Part shown: in pieces, positions 36,827 through 48,630 of the stretch | Numbering within the stretch: position 1 is the first letter of the stretch | Layout: each line of letters opens with the position of its first letter | Assembly: GCA_024704765.1 (NCBI GenBank) | Contig: JAKMXF010000030.1 | Span: 10,525-74,524, forward strand | Origin: Oopsacas minuta | Taxonomy: Eukaryota > Animalia > Porifera | DNA length: 64,000 nucleotides | Direction of reading: 5' to 3' | Translations under genes and position numbers: made by a program | The notes under the pieces: model-generated | The model's database searches: none | Told to the model about the DNA's origin: nothing | What the model saw: only the letters and a program-made list of their open reading frames with translations

Positions 36827-39399
36827 CTAGAAATAGACCCGGTTGGCGTTAAGCATTATCCCTTCGTCTGTACTTAGAGAGGACCGTCCAGAGCTCTCAG
36901 AGGTCAAGGAACAATTACTGGAGTTACTCTGTGGGTTTTCTCGCTTTATTTGTTTGCGCACAATTCTGTTTTTGCAAGTTCTGTTTGTATTTATATGTTT
37001 GGGTTTATGCCTAACTCCAACCGAGCTTTTCATTGGTTCATAGTACTCAGAGCTAGAAGTATTGGTACTGCTATTAGCCGGGAGATTTAATAGTTCCATA
37101 GATTTAGAATGGACATCAGGAATGCTGTAGAGGTGTTCTGAGTCTGTAACTCTGTCAATCAGCTGATATCGGAGAGGATTTAGGCGCTGATCTGTCCCAT
37201 GTCCCCTTCCTGAACTTGGTTCTCGTACAAATTGCTCTATACCACATCTCACACCTTGTACAGGGAGGGAACTTAAATTTCTTGGAAGTGAATTGGCCTT
37301 CGAGAAATCCTGTTGAATTTTCAAATTATTAATTTGGGCGGGGTTCAGCTGGTGACTCAAGCTGTGATTTGATTGGCCAGCTGAGCTAGAATAGGGAGAA
37401 GAGCTGTAATTTGATTGGCTCAAAATTTCAGACATGTCACTCGTATCAGCTGATGACAGCTGTTGCCATTTTGATTGGCTAGTTAGCAGAGGGGTTCTGT
37501 TACTATTACTAGCCACATCCAAGTTCTCTAGACTAGCTGCAAACTTTAAGTGGCTATTTTTAGGCATATAAGTGTCAGGAAATTGAATCTCAGCTAAACA
37601 GGGCTGTCTTATTGTTTGTTTGTGCGTATGTGAGTAACTGTTAGAATGCCAATTCTTAGTCTCATCCAGAGACTTTTTGAAATTGGACACATTTGGCTTG
37701 AAGGTGTCAAGTACAGGGGTACCTATCCTAGGGTGAGAGGACAGGGACAGACTACTGTACTTTCCTGTTTCTATATTCACATTCCTTCCTGGTGATATCA
37801 TTGCTATCTTGCTGTGATTTACTGGACTACTATTGAGTGACCGAATATAGTTCTGGTTTTGTGTTCCCAGACTATTTGCCCGCCCATTTCTAGGCATTGA
37901 GAAGGTGTTAGGGGACCCCGTGTACCCGTTATTAATCTTAGGAGTCTTTAAACTAGAATTTTGTAATATTTCTTGTTTTGTTTCCATTATTCTCCTACAC
38001 ATATGTGGGACTCTGTATACATCACCAGATATGTTCTTTTCATGTGTAATCACTGCCCCTGGGATATCAGCGTATAAACTGGATATCCTGTCCTCCATTG
38101 TACCGATTATAAGGATAGAGGTCTGGAGTGTTACCTGTAGATTATATGTAAATTTTATAACCTAGTAAATATGAACAGAATAATTAGTTTCGTATTAGTG
38201 AGATATCTGTAGCTCTAGCCTACAACCTTCGGAACAATTTCCAGAGGTTGTAGGCTAGAGCTACAGACTTAAAATTTGGTAGATAAGTGTGAAAATATGT
38301 AACTAATAATATTCTCAAATATCTAACGAAAATATTCACAAATCTACAAGAAAAGCGCAAATAATAAATCAGCCAATCAAATTCACGCTCACCTCTTGTG
38401 TAAATCTTCCCGCGCATTTACTACATTTTGAGCAAATCACAAAGGAGAATTCTGATTGGTCAAACACGAATGACACTATTTGGCTTAGTTTCCATGACAG
38501 TAAAGTCTCTTCTGTGATTGGATGAACAAACGCGATGCAATTATTGGTCAAATATATGTTTATTATTGATTGCTCTTTGAATTTGTTTGCTTTTGTTATT
38601 CCGGCGTAAACATCTAAATAAGTAAATAAATATAAAGTGGGGGATTGTCTATTAGCAAGTAGGATTTTTTGCACGAATTTCCATTGCTAATACATACTTG
38701 CAATCACACAAATACTACATACAGTTAGCTCCTGTTATATCGAAGCTCAAGGGGCGGTCACAATTAACAGATGAAAATATATGTTACACTTCGAAGGTTT
38801 GGGACCATATTTGTACAATTTGACACTTCTATATATCCGTGTTAGATATAATGGGAGTTGATTGTATTGGTGACTCACCATAGAGTGTAGCTTCCCTTAG
38901 CTTCGATATCCATCTCTCCAAATAGTCTTTTGTATCAGTACTGAAATGAAAGGAATCATTATCATCACACCTTATTTGGAAATAATATCCCAGAAAAAAT
39001 TGTTTATGTTCTCCAGAAGTTATATGCATACTGGCTGGGATTGTTAAAGTACCCTTTAGCTTGCTTTTGGTATCATCTTTGTACCACGTGAGGACATATT
39101 TCAGGTCTGCATTAGTTGGATTGTGAGTTAGCACAAAATAATATTTCTTCATTTCTGCCTGAATAATTGAAAGAATTGTAAATTTTGTTAATTATTGCAA
39201 ACTTTAAACTTGGAAATTTGATTGGTTGTTTGTTGTTATAATTTGTAATTTATAATGTTTGTTATTAACCAATCATTGCAAACATATAACTTGGAAATTT
39301 GATTGGTTGTTTGTTGTTATAATTTCTAATACATAAACAGATATAACTAACCTTCCAAAATCTCAGAGGGCCTTTCTTAAACGTGAGATAACCTTCCAT
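36827..39399 (-). CDS. PH + IRS-type PTB docking protein (DOK/IRS family), 4 exons
   Basis: MEGYLTFKKGPLRFWK|AEMKKYYFVL PH domain; PTB exon (YLTNNC...SWKLSQI..EFSF..CSKCAGRF); long Ser-rich tail with YRVP, YSIP and YEPM motifs. Phases 0/1/0 are consistent. Confidence 0.72.
38727..38860. mobile_element. ~140-bp MITE family; other copies at ~55006-55080 (partial), ~56775-56896 and 63621-63769
   Basis: Shared (CA)ACTCCTGTTATATCGAAGCT...GGGACCAT.TTTGTACAAT...ATATCCGTGT...GAGTTG with short inverted termini. Confidence 0.7.
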
Positions 39400-40205
39400 A
39401 TTATAAATGTATACTTGAGTTAATTTCTATTCTCTTATATACTCTATACACATCAGCATAGTAGACATACATTACTTTTGGCTACTCAACAGCTATCTTT
39501 ATTATTACTCAAATATGAACTAATTAGCATGGACAGATTGTTTAGTATTGTTAATACGCGTATTGAAGGTTGTTAATGGTTTGATTATTCTAATAGAGTT
39601 TAGTGAATATTATTTGTTAATATAATTAACAATATACTCTACTGACATACTTCTATTCTTTGCGAGGCAACATTTCTACCCAAATAGGATATTAGTCTTA
39701 TAAACTGGGTAACACTCAATTCTGATAGGTCAAGGATAAGTAAGTATGTATATTTAGCGCCTAATTTGAAGAAACCCGCATTTTCTCGCCTGAATTTTAA
39801 ATCACCCGCTCGTATAACCTATTTTATAAATATTTGCGCGCCTAATTTGCAGAAAACCCGCACTTTTCCCGCCTAAAATACACTTATAAAATTATAAAAT
39901 CACGCGGGCATCATAAACCCATAATAACACCTCACAGAGCTATATATCATAATAAGAAATATAATATACACAAAAGATGACTTTAATTAAATTACAAATA
40001 CGCCTCTGATAAGATAGTCACTCCTCAAACACAAATATGTAAGGTAATATCCTTATGTAATATATACACATGAGTTGTATACATGACCTCCTCACAACCT
40101 TGTAACTAGTGTGACACTCAGAGCATTTAAAGTGCTCCTATTTTGAGGAGCGGGATCTGGAGCGGAGGTGGAAGCGGCGATCCAAGAATGAGTAGCGCTT
40201 AATGC

Positions 40206-40273
40206 TCAGGGGCCTTATTCACTAAACTACTCGAACTTAAGTATTGCTAACATTTAGTGAATAAGGCCCCTGA
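40206..40273. mobile_element. Short foldback / MITE remnant
   Basis: Perfect 21-bp inverted repeat TCAGGGGCCTTATTCACTAAA ... TTTAGTGAATAAGGCCCCTGA. Confidence 0.65.
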
Positions 40274-40494
40274 TGACACAATTTCTAATTATATACAGGT
40301 TTAACAATTGTATTATTCGTTTTTTAACAAATGCTAGTGACTTGAAATTTGGTATGGATGTAGAATATTATTAATTTGTTGACACCTATTAATATCTGAC
40401 GAAAATATGCACAACTCTCCGAGAAAAGGTGACGAATATTATCAACTAATCATGTTCGAGGATTTACCAATGGATTTATATGGGAATAGTTCAT

Positions 40495-40761
40495 ATTTAA
40501 ATTGGAACTAAACCAATTAACTTGTCACCTTTAGAATAGTTATATAATCATGAATACGATAAGTGTTATCTGTGAGTATTCATGTGCCCTCTTAGAAATG
40601 ACGAAGGTGTGAAAATATGATTATATTGTTTTAAAGTATAAGGTAAGGACGTTTGTTTGTTTGTTTGTTACAGAGTTAATTAAGTTAAGAGGAAATATGT
40701 AAGTATTAGAATTGTATCGCTATATATGGATAAGATTAATAGCAAACAGCTGTTTATAGTT
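40495..40761. repeat. Inverted copy of 33073-33339
   Basis: Reverse-complement match. Confidence 0.9.
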
Positions 40762-41236
40762 CATTTACCTGAATAAACATCAGTAGACTCCGTATAAATG
40801 AACTACAGGCTTGTCTCCTTATTGTATTAGTACACCAAGGATAATTCCTATGTAATTGGAATTAGAATCTGTGTAGGAATATTTGAACTATGAATTTTGG
40901 AAAAATTATATTATATTTTGATAATGGCGCACTTTTGGCGGGAATTCCCGCATTTTTGCACACATCTTTAGCGCTATTTCCAGCTCAAACGGAGCGATAA
41001 GTAGAATCGACACTCTTAAGAGAGATAGCCCCCCTGAAATACAACATCCAGTACTCGCGATCTTCTCTCCTCTGCTTGACATATATGTACATATAAATTG
41101 GACCAATTTGTTCGCCGCCCCCCGCATACTATTTCCCCGCGCAAACATCTTCCCTGGTTACCACAAATATTCACATTTTATTAAAGTTTTGATTTCAACT
41201 CTAAAATATACAAAAAATCGAAAATATTTATTTCAA

Positions 41237-42122
41237 TCAACAACAAGCAATATCTTTATTCGATTCAGTATTAGTACCATTTAACTTTACAATATTTTGC
41301 ATTCCTTCCTGCCTACCTCGTTGTCTAGCAAAGCTCTGAGTCAATCTATTACCCATTAGTCTCAACAGCTGATTGAACCCTTCTTTCACACCCTGTCCTG
41401 TAATCGGATTTACTTTAAAACACGCTATATTCCTTGCTACATATTTGTCCAAACACTCACTGAACATTCTTTCATTCAACTGACTCTCCTCAAATCTGTT
41501 AGCAAATAGTACAACAGCTGGATACTCAATGTCCAAATAGTAATGTCTCAAGTCCTCCTCCCAGGTCAACAGGTTATCGAGGCTCTTTCTGTTAGAACAG
41601 TTCCAAACCAAAATCACACCATCCTTCTTTCTAAACATAAATATGGAAATAATAGTTCCAAGCTGTGGCCAAATACCTACCCCGTAACCATGGTTACCGA
41701 GCCCTTTAGAATTTTCCCAAGAATTCAAATTATATAAAATATCAAGAGTTTCCCCTTGGGGTAAGACGTGTAACCCCGGGGGTGAATTCTCCCTTTGAGT
41801 TTGTGAATGAACCCATCAGAGGCGCCGAACCCCCCCCCTCTTACCTATAATAACTAGAAGTTAATAATCCATTACTCTCCATTCCAGAGGTATCGCTTAG
41901 TTCCACATTCATCCACACCTGCTGACCATCAACAGGTAGAGGTGCACATTTAATGACACTATCCCGAAACTCAAAGGGGTTTTTGTCTGACAGGGCCAAC
42001 TCATTTCCCTGCCATATCCTCTTAAGAATTGTTGTCTTACCACTTCCAAGATCTCCTAGTGCTGTCACCTGAACTATATTAGATTCTATTTCTTTATTGT
42101 GCATTCCATTCGTACTTACCAT
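41237..42122 (-). CDS. Divergent Rab-like GTPase 1; exons 42122-41845 and 41630-41237
   Basis: GDLGSGKT, DTSGME, TSSYYR|KKDGVILVW, ANRFE, C-terminal CC*. Confidence 0.8.
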
Positions 42123-42297
42123 TGCTAGGAACATATTTATTGGAATAGGGAATGATGGTGCTCTTAACACCTTCCCTGTTGCCCCTAGGGGGACACAGGA
42201 CCCATGCGGTAAATAATAAACAAACAAATAACAATATGATCTATAATCTCTCAATAAACTATGCTAATTGGTTTACTAAACAAATATATTCTATTTA

Positions 42298-45070
42298 CTA
42301 AATAACAGAACTCATAGCAGATATCTTTGAGTAATCACTGTAGAATACCTACACAATACAATTGTATTTGTTTACTAAATATTCATGTAAACAATGGCAG
42401 TATTGTTTCACTAGAGGAGTGTAACCTCCGTTTGCGGGCTGCCAGAGACGTTTATGGCTGCTACACTGCACATACCAATACGGTTGTTTGGTAACTAAGG
42501 ATTACCTTGAATGCTCTTGTCATATGCAGTAGAGAACTAGTACAACACATCTCTCTTATGGAGTGCATGCTCAAAGATGGTCCACCTACATCCACACCCT
42601 TGACACCCAGTTTAGCTGATATCAGGGGGCCTACCGTGGTACCACAGGGGGTGTCATTCCGCACCACGTAGGGTTGTAACGGTACCCCTGCTCTGGTGCA
42701 TACGGTCTTGAAGATACTGGAAGTAGCACCTGATGTTGAGTACCTCTGATTATGATTAATCTTTAGAACTATTCCCTAGTGAATATATTGTTTGTTTGTT
42801 TGTTTGTTTGTTTATTTACTTGTTTATAAATTTGGACCCCGTTGTCCCCACTGAGGACAATAGTACCCAGTGAATATATTTGCATTTATGAATCTATACC
42901 TTATGAAATTCAGGTCTATGTTTCACTTCATGTTTATCACTAGAGAATAAATAACACCTAAATGTGCCGATACTGTGGATACCGGTTTTAAGAACACCCT
43001 TTGTATGTTCTTATAACCGGTATAAATATACAGGAATTTATGAGAACCGTCTTCCAGAGGATGGTGCTTATAACCGGTATATCCTGTATAACAAAGAACA
43101 TACCATAGGCACCTACCTGTAGTTAGGGTGTATAGCATGAGCTTGATCACTAGACAGTAAGAATGAATTAGCTAATGCTAGTTCGTAATCAGCTGGGTTA
43201 GGATTGGTGTTGGGACATGTAACCCTCCTTATGAGAGCTTCTAACATATTTGATAGAGCTCCTTGATAACTACCAGACCCACATTCCTCATTATCAAATA
43301 ATGCTACTACCCTAACTATAGTATCTGTATGGAGAGATGATTCACTGGCTATTAGTCCCTAAATATAAACAGATATAAGGGTTTGTTTGTTTGTTTATGT
43401 GTTTACTAGTTTGTTCATAAGGCCTACCATCGAGGTAACGAGAGTACATATTAACCGATCACAGGTGCTGAGTTACACTTTAATGATGTCATAAATGCAC
43501 AAGTGTCCGCCGGTATTTGTTTATCTGTTTATTGTTTACATAATCTAACCTTAACACCTGTGAAACAAGCCACCTGATTATCCAACCTTCCTGCAAACAC
43601 AAATTCCCTGTGTAATCCGCCTAAACTAGCTGGTTGTGTATCAGCCAATGAGATGTCGTAGTCCAGAATAGAATTAGGCGGGCAACCTGTCTCATTAGAT
43701 AATAGGCTTAACAGGGGGTCTGTACCGGTACCTCCCAGCTGATTTTGTATCTCTTGTGTCGCCAATATTGGCAAACTAACAAGAAATAATTTAGTCATAT
43801 TCGTGAAAATATTAACAAAACAAAAAAACAAATTCCCCAATAAGGAACCCTCGATTCTGATTGGGCTAAACATTTATCACCTTCCCTCAGAAAGGTGTGA
43901 ATATTGAGGTTAGATCACACAGACACAAATTGCAAGTCTGTAACCAATTCCTCAATCGGAAAGTTGAAATTTTTGTGTATTTTAACTTTTCAAAAGTGGT
44001 TCCCAACATTTTCCACCCGTGGACCCCTTCAATGAATGAAATACAAATTTTGAGATCCTGTGGACTTCCCTGTAACCCCAAGGGCCCCCAGGTGTGAAAC
44101 CGCTACCATGCAAGAATTGTAACTAACGTATGCATTTCTTTATTTGGAGCAAATTTCTCTCTCTCCACAGAGTCCTGTAGATGAATACAGAGGGAGGAGA
44201 TACGTAGAATTGGTCTCTGTACGTGTACAAGTTTATCTTTCAAATCACCATCATCTCCCTATCACAATTAATTCAACTAACACCTTACTATTTGTTAAAT
44301 AATTAAACAACACCTTGTATACAACTCTTCCTGCTATAGTCAAATCTCTGTCAAACCAAGAATGCCATATTCCACCACCATAAGTACTAACACCTAAACA
44401 GCTGTAACCTAGCTTGCTCTGTTTACTATCCGGTTTAACCTATAATTAGCATTCCATTACATGCATGTAATCACTTGGTAACTTTCGAATCTGATAGGTC
44501 AGAAACATCTGTCACCTTTTCTCAGAAAGGTGTTACTATTTTCGAATACTTTTATAGTATGTTCATATAAATATCACACCCCACACACACATACCAAATT
44601 TAAGCCCCCTGGGTCTTAACAGTTCCTCATAATAGTACCTTAAAGCAAGGACTATCCGTGTGTCCCGCTATAATAGCAAATCCATTACCAGATTTGTACT
44701 GTCCTCCTACACTGAATGCCACAAGGCTAGAGTTATTCCTTGCGAAGAAATACTACAGAAAATTATTGGTTAGAATTAGGAATATGCTTATGTTTGTTGT
44801 TATTTACTTTTCCGTTAGGTTTTATATCCCAGGGATTCTTCTCTAACACCTCAGTATATCCAGCTGTTAGCAGCATTCCACGACACTCTGCCACTACTAA
44901 AGATAAACAAACAAACAAACAAACAAACAAACAAACAAACAAACAACAAACAAACAAATAAACAAACCATGGAAAGGAGAAGGAGACGCATCGGAGAATG
45001 TCAGATATTCTTTAGCCAATGAATCTGCTTCATTTAGCTTTGACTTAATGTCAGCTGTCTGATTAGCCAT
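42298..45070 (-). CDS. DNPEP: Aspartyl aminopeptidase (M18 family), multi-exon
   Basis: [74 protein letters not shown]. Confidence 0.93.
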
Positions 45071-45200
45071 GTACTATAAATAGAACTAAATATGCACATA
45101 AAAACTTTAATCAAATTCCTTCTATCACGCAAAAGTCGCAAATAAATGTAATCTCATAAAAATAAACAACAATAAATATACAAATAAACAATTCGTAGTT

Positions 45201-46670
45201 CTAACAACAATTAGGTTCCTGACCATCCATCACTTGTTGCCTCTCACTTAACTCAAAACTTCCGTCACTTGGTCCCATTTTATTTTTGCTGTCACACTTT
45301 TTGATATATCTCTCTGTAAGAATTCTACAGAATATCGCTTCTAGCTTATCGATACCTAAATATGGATACAATATTAAAAAGTACAGTAGAATATAGGTCA
45401 GGGGTTCCCAACCTGTGACCCATCGACCCCTTGGTGTCCCACAGACTATAGCAGGGGGCAAAAAATGTGTGCCGACCTGCTAATTAGGGGTAAACAGGAA
45501 CATATAATTCCATTCTGACACTTTCACATGTCTACAGGATTATTTAGTAGAATATTTTGCCTGAATAATCCAGTGTAATAAATACAATCAAATGGTGTCT
45601 GCACAGGCTGTAATTCGAAATTTGCTGTACTATATCAACGCACAACATTGGTGGCAAACATTTCCGTGTTCACTCTCCTGTTCACTCTCCTGTTCACACC
45701 TTTAGAGAATAAGACGGGTACAGTGGTGATGCCGGTTATAAGAACATCGTCAGGAATTGCATATAGATGTTCTTATAACCGGTATGTTCTGTATGTGCAC
45801 CATATCATCCTCTGGAAAACTGTTCTCATGTATTGCTACTCCCAAGGGTGTTATTATAACCGGTATCCCCCGTATATATATACACACACTTACCCGTACC
45901 GTCCCGTGACGTCTTAACATTAGGATATTGTTTGTACTTCTCCTTACACAGATTATATTCATTATCATTCCATGATTCATCACACTTATTAGCACATAAC
46001 ACTATTTGAGGAGGATCAGGATTCTGCGAATCTGTTGTGTTTGTTATGGAGATTAAGTTTTCGTTAATTTTCCTGTAAGATTCCATATCACTTAACGACC
46101 AGACCAACACGATTATGTCCCGGTTCCTAGTAATGAGATATAGGTAACACAACCATAATTACGAGGGTGAACTAATCTACTGATTAGGTGTATGAATATT
46201 TGAGAGGAGGAGCAATAGGAGTGTCCACCGGTTAATCGGGTCACTTCTCCAGAAACAGAACTATACAAAGTGTTAAAATACTCTGCTTAATCTGGCCTGA
46301 TGTGACCCGATTAAGGAGTCTACTTGAGATCCAGGAAACACAGTAAGTATACATTCCTAATACACGAAATGGTTGCTATGGAGCTAGAGAAATGTAGAGA
46401 TTATACTTACCTGTATATTGAATTAGGGGAACCTCCCATTTCGAATTGTTGGTCACAAAGTCGTACCATAATGGTCTCCTTATTAGGAGGTACTCCTATA
46501 CTCATCTTTCTTTCAATGAAATCAGATTTAATTGTGGGTCTCGATGCTCCATTGTCCACTTCAATGCCACTCATTTTCTGAATTAAAGAGGTTTTTCCTA
46601 CCCTGCTGTTCCCGACAAATAAAATATGAGGAACATATGCTACCATAGTTCTAGACATTCTATCGTACAT
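45201..46670 (-). CDS. Divergent Rab-like GTPase 2, 3 exons
   Basis: GNSRVGKT, PTIKSDF, DQQFEM in place of DTAGQE, IYR|NRDIIVLVW, ANKCD; last exon ends PNCC*. Confidence 0.78.
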
Positions 46671-46994
46671 ACCATAATCACATAATGGTTGTTATGAAGT
46701 TTATTGTAAGTATAACGATATAGGTTAAGGCTGTATGTTAAGGATGTGATTAATACGGACCTAACACATCACTTTGCGTCCTTCGTGGGTGCTGAATTGG
46801 CACACTAGGTGCGCGCCAAGTACCTATGTTAACCCCTAGTCTATATACTGGGAGAACCCTCAAATCTGATAGGTCGTTGAATATGAGAGCTGGTCATACA
46901 GGACAGTAAACAATAATAATAGTTATAAACATCACAAGCGAAAAATCACAAAATATATCACAATAAAATATCAAAATAATTCCAAATAATAACA

Positions 46995-48199
46995 TCAACA
47001 ACACCTAAAGTCTGGTCTAGGTATAGGGCCGATAGATACTGTGACTGAATCAGTTTGTCTCTCTTCAGAGATAATATTGAACCTTACTGCTAGGATCTTA
47101 CATAATTCAGACTCAAGGAGATTAATCCCTAAAAATAGAACTAATAAATAAGTTCATGGTACCGGTTCCCAAATTCCAGGGGTAGAGGGAGCCCTTTTGT
47201 GATCCAAGTATCTCTACAAGCACTAAACTATAAGGAACCAAATGAAACTAGTAGTATTTGGCAGCACTGTCCTTAGTCCAGTCTGATTAAGTGGAGTCTT
47301 ACACATGACTTACCAGTTCCATCTCTAGCAGAAGTCTTAGCTACAAAATGGATTTTGTATTTCGCCTTACACAATTTATATTCATTATCATTTCTGGAGG
47401 CGTCACATTTATTAGCACATAACACTATATCAGGTCGGTGGTGTTTATGGCTGTCATATATATTGTAGATGGACTTTAGGTGCTCATCAATACTTCGAAA
47501 GGTTTGTGTGTCATCCATGGACCAGACCAATATTATTATGTCACTCTGTCTACAAGATGAAATAAAAGTAACTACACTGTGCCCTCTCTAATTGTCCGAT
47601 TTGACCCAATTGCCAGCTGGTGGACAATTAGAGAGGACCACTGTATAGAACATTTCGTAACTTTTATCAAAGGTTTAGATATACGTACAAGCAAGCTTCG
47701 TATTCTTGCACTGTGCAGTCAGCGAACACTACGTATGCGTGGATAAAGCAGGGATTATCTAGGTGCTAAAAGTATCAGTTCAGTAGCCATGAAGGACACA
47801 ATGTGACGATCATGAGAGGGTGACATATTGACCCCTGTAATTGGTACAAGGGATCAATATGTTACCCTCCAAGACAGTCCCAACCGAAAAATCCCTGTAT
47901 AAACCCTTGCCAGATCCACAAACACTATATTGTGTCAGTAGACAGTTGTTACAACTAGTATTCCACCTGAATATTGATCGGGGGCTTGCAAACATATCAA
48001 ACTGCTGATCATACAACCGAACATTAACATCCCTTCTATCCTGGCCTGAACCAATAATCAGTTGTTTATTCACATAATCTGATTTGATTGTAGGCTTTGT
48101 GTTCTCTGTGTTTACATCATGACCGCTCAGTTTACCGATTAAGGTAGTCTTCCCTACTCCATTACAGCCGACGAATTGTATGTAAGGAGTATAAGCCAT
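46995..48199 (-). CDS. Divergent Rab-like GTPase 3, 3 exons; tandem paralog of gene 2
   Basis: GCNGVGKT, PTIKSDY, DQQFDM, IFR|QSDIIILVW, ANKCD, KTSAR; ends FRCC*. Confidence 0.8.
47575..47643. mobile_element. Short TA-flanked MITE in a Rab-like intron
   Basis: Inverted termini CTCTCTAATTGTCC / GGACAATTAGAGAG; outer ends imperfect. Confidence 0.5.
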
Positions 48200-48630
48200 G
48201 TGAATACTTTCTAGTTGCTATGGTAACGAAATTCCTGTACAGTAGACTCTGCTTAATAGGGTCACATCGGGACCATGAGACCATTTTGCCCCGTTTAAGC
48301 AGAGTCTACTGTACACACACTTTCTTGAATATTAACATACGAAGTTACGTATTGTCTCTTGTACCAATTGCACCCATAGGTTAGGGACTTAACACCTTTC
48401 AATAATTTCACCCCTGGGGGCGAGTCAGAGGTCAAATAACCAACATGGTCCTATCCTTATCATACCAAAGTTTCTTATAAGAAATTCAGTCCGTAAGGGT
48501 TGAAGGGGATTGGAAAATTGCAAAGTATAAACAGTGCAAATAAACAACAATAAACAACAATAAACAACAATAAACAACAATAAACAATTCAAAAATGTAA
48601 TCAGAGCCCTTAGGTGTTAAATATTCACAT

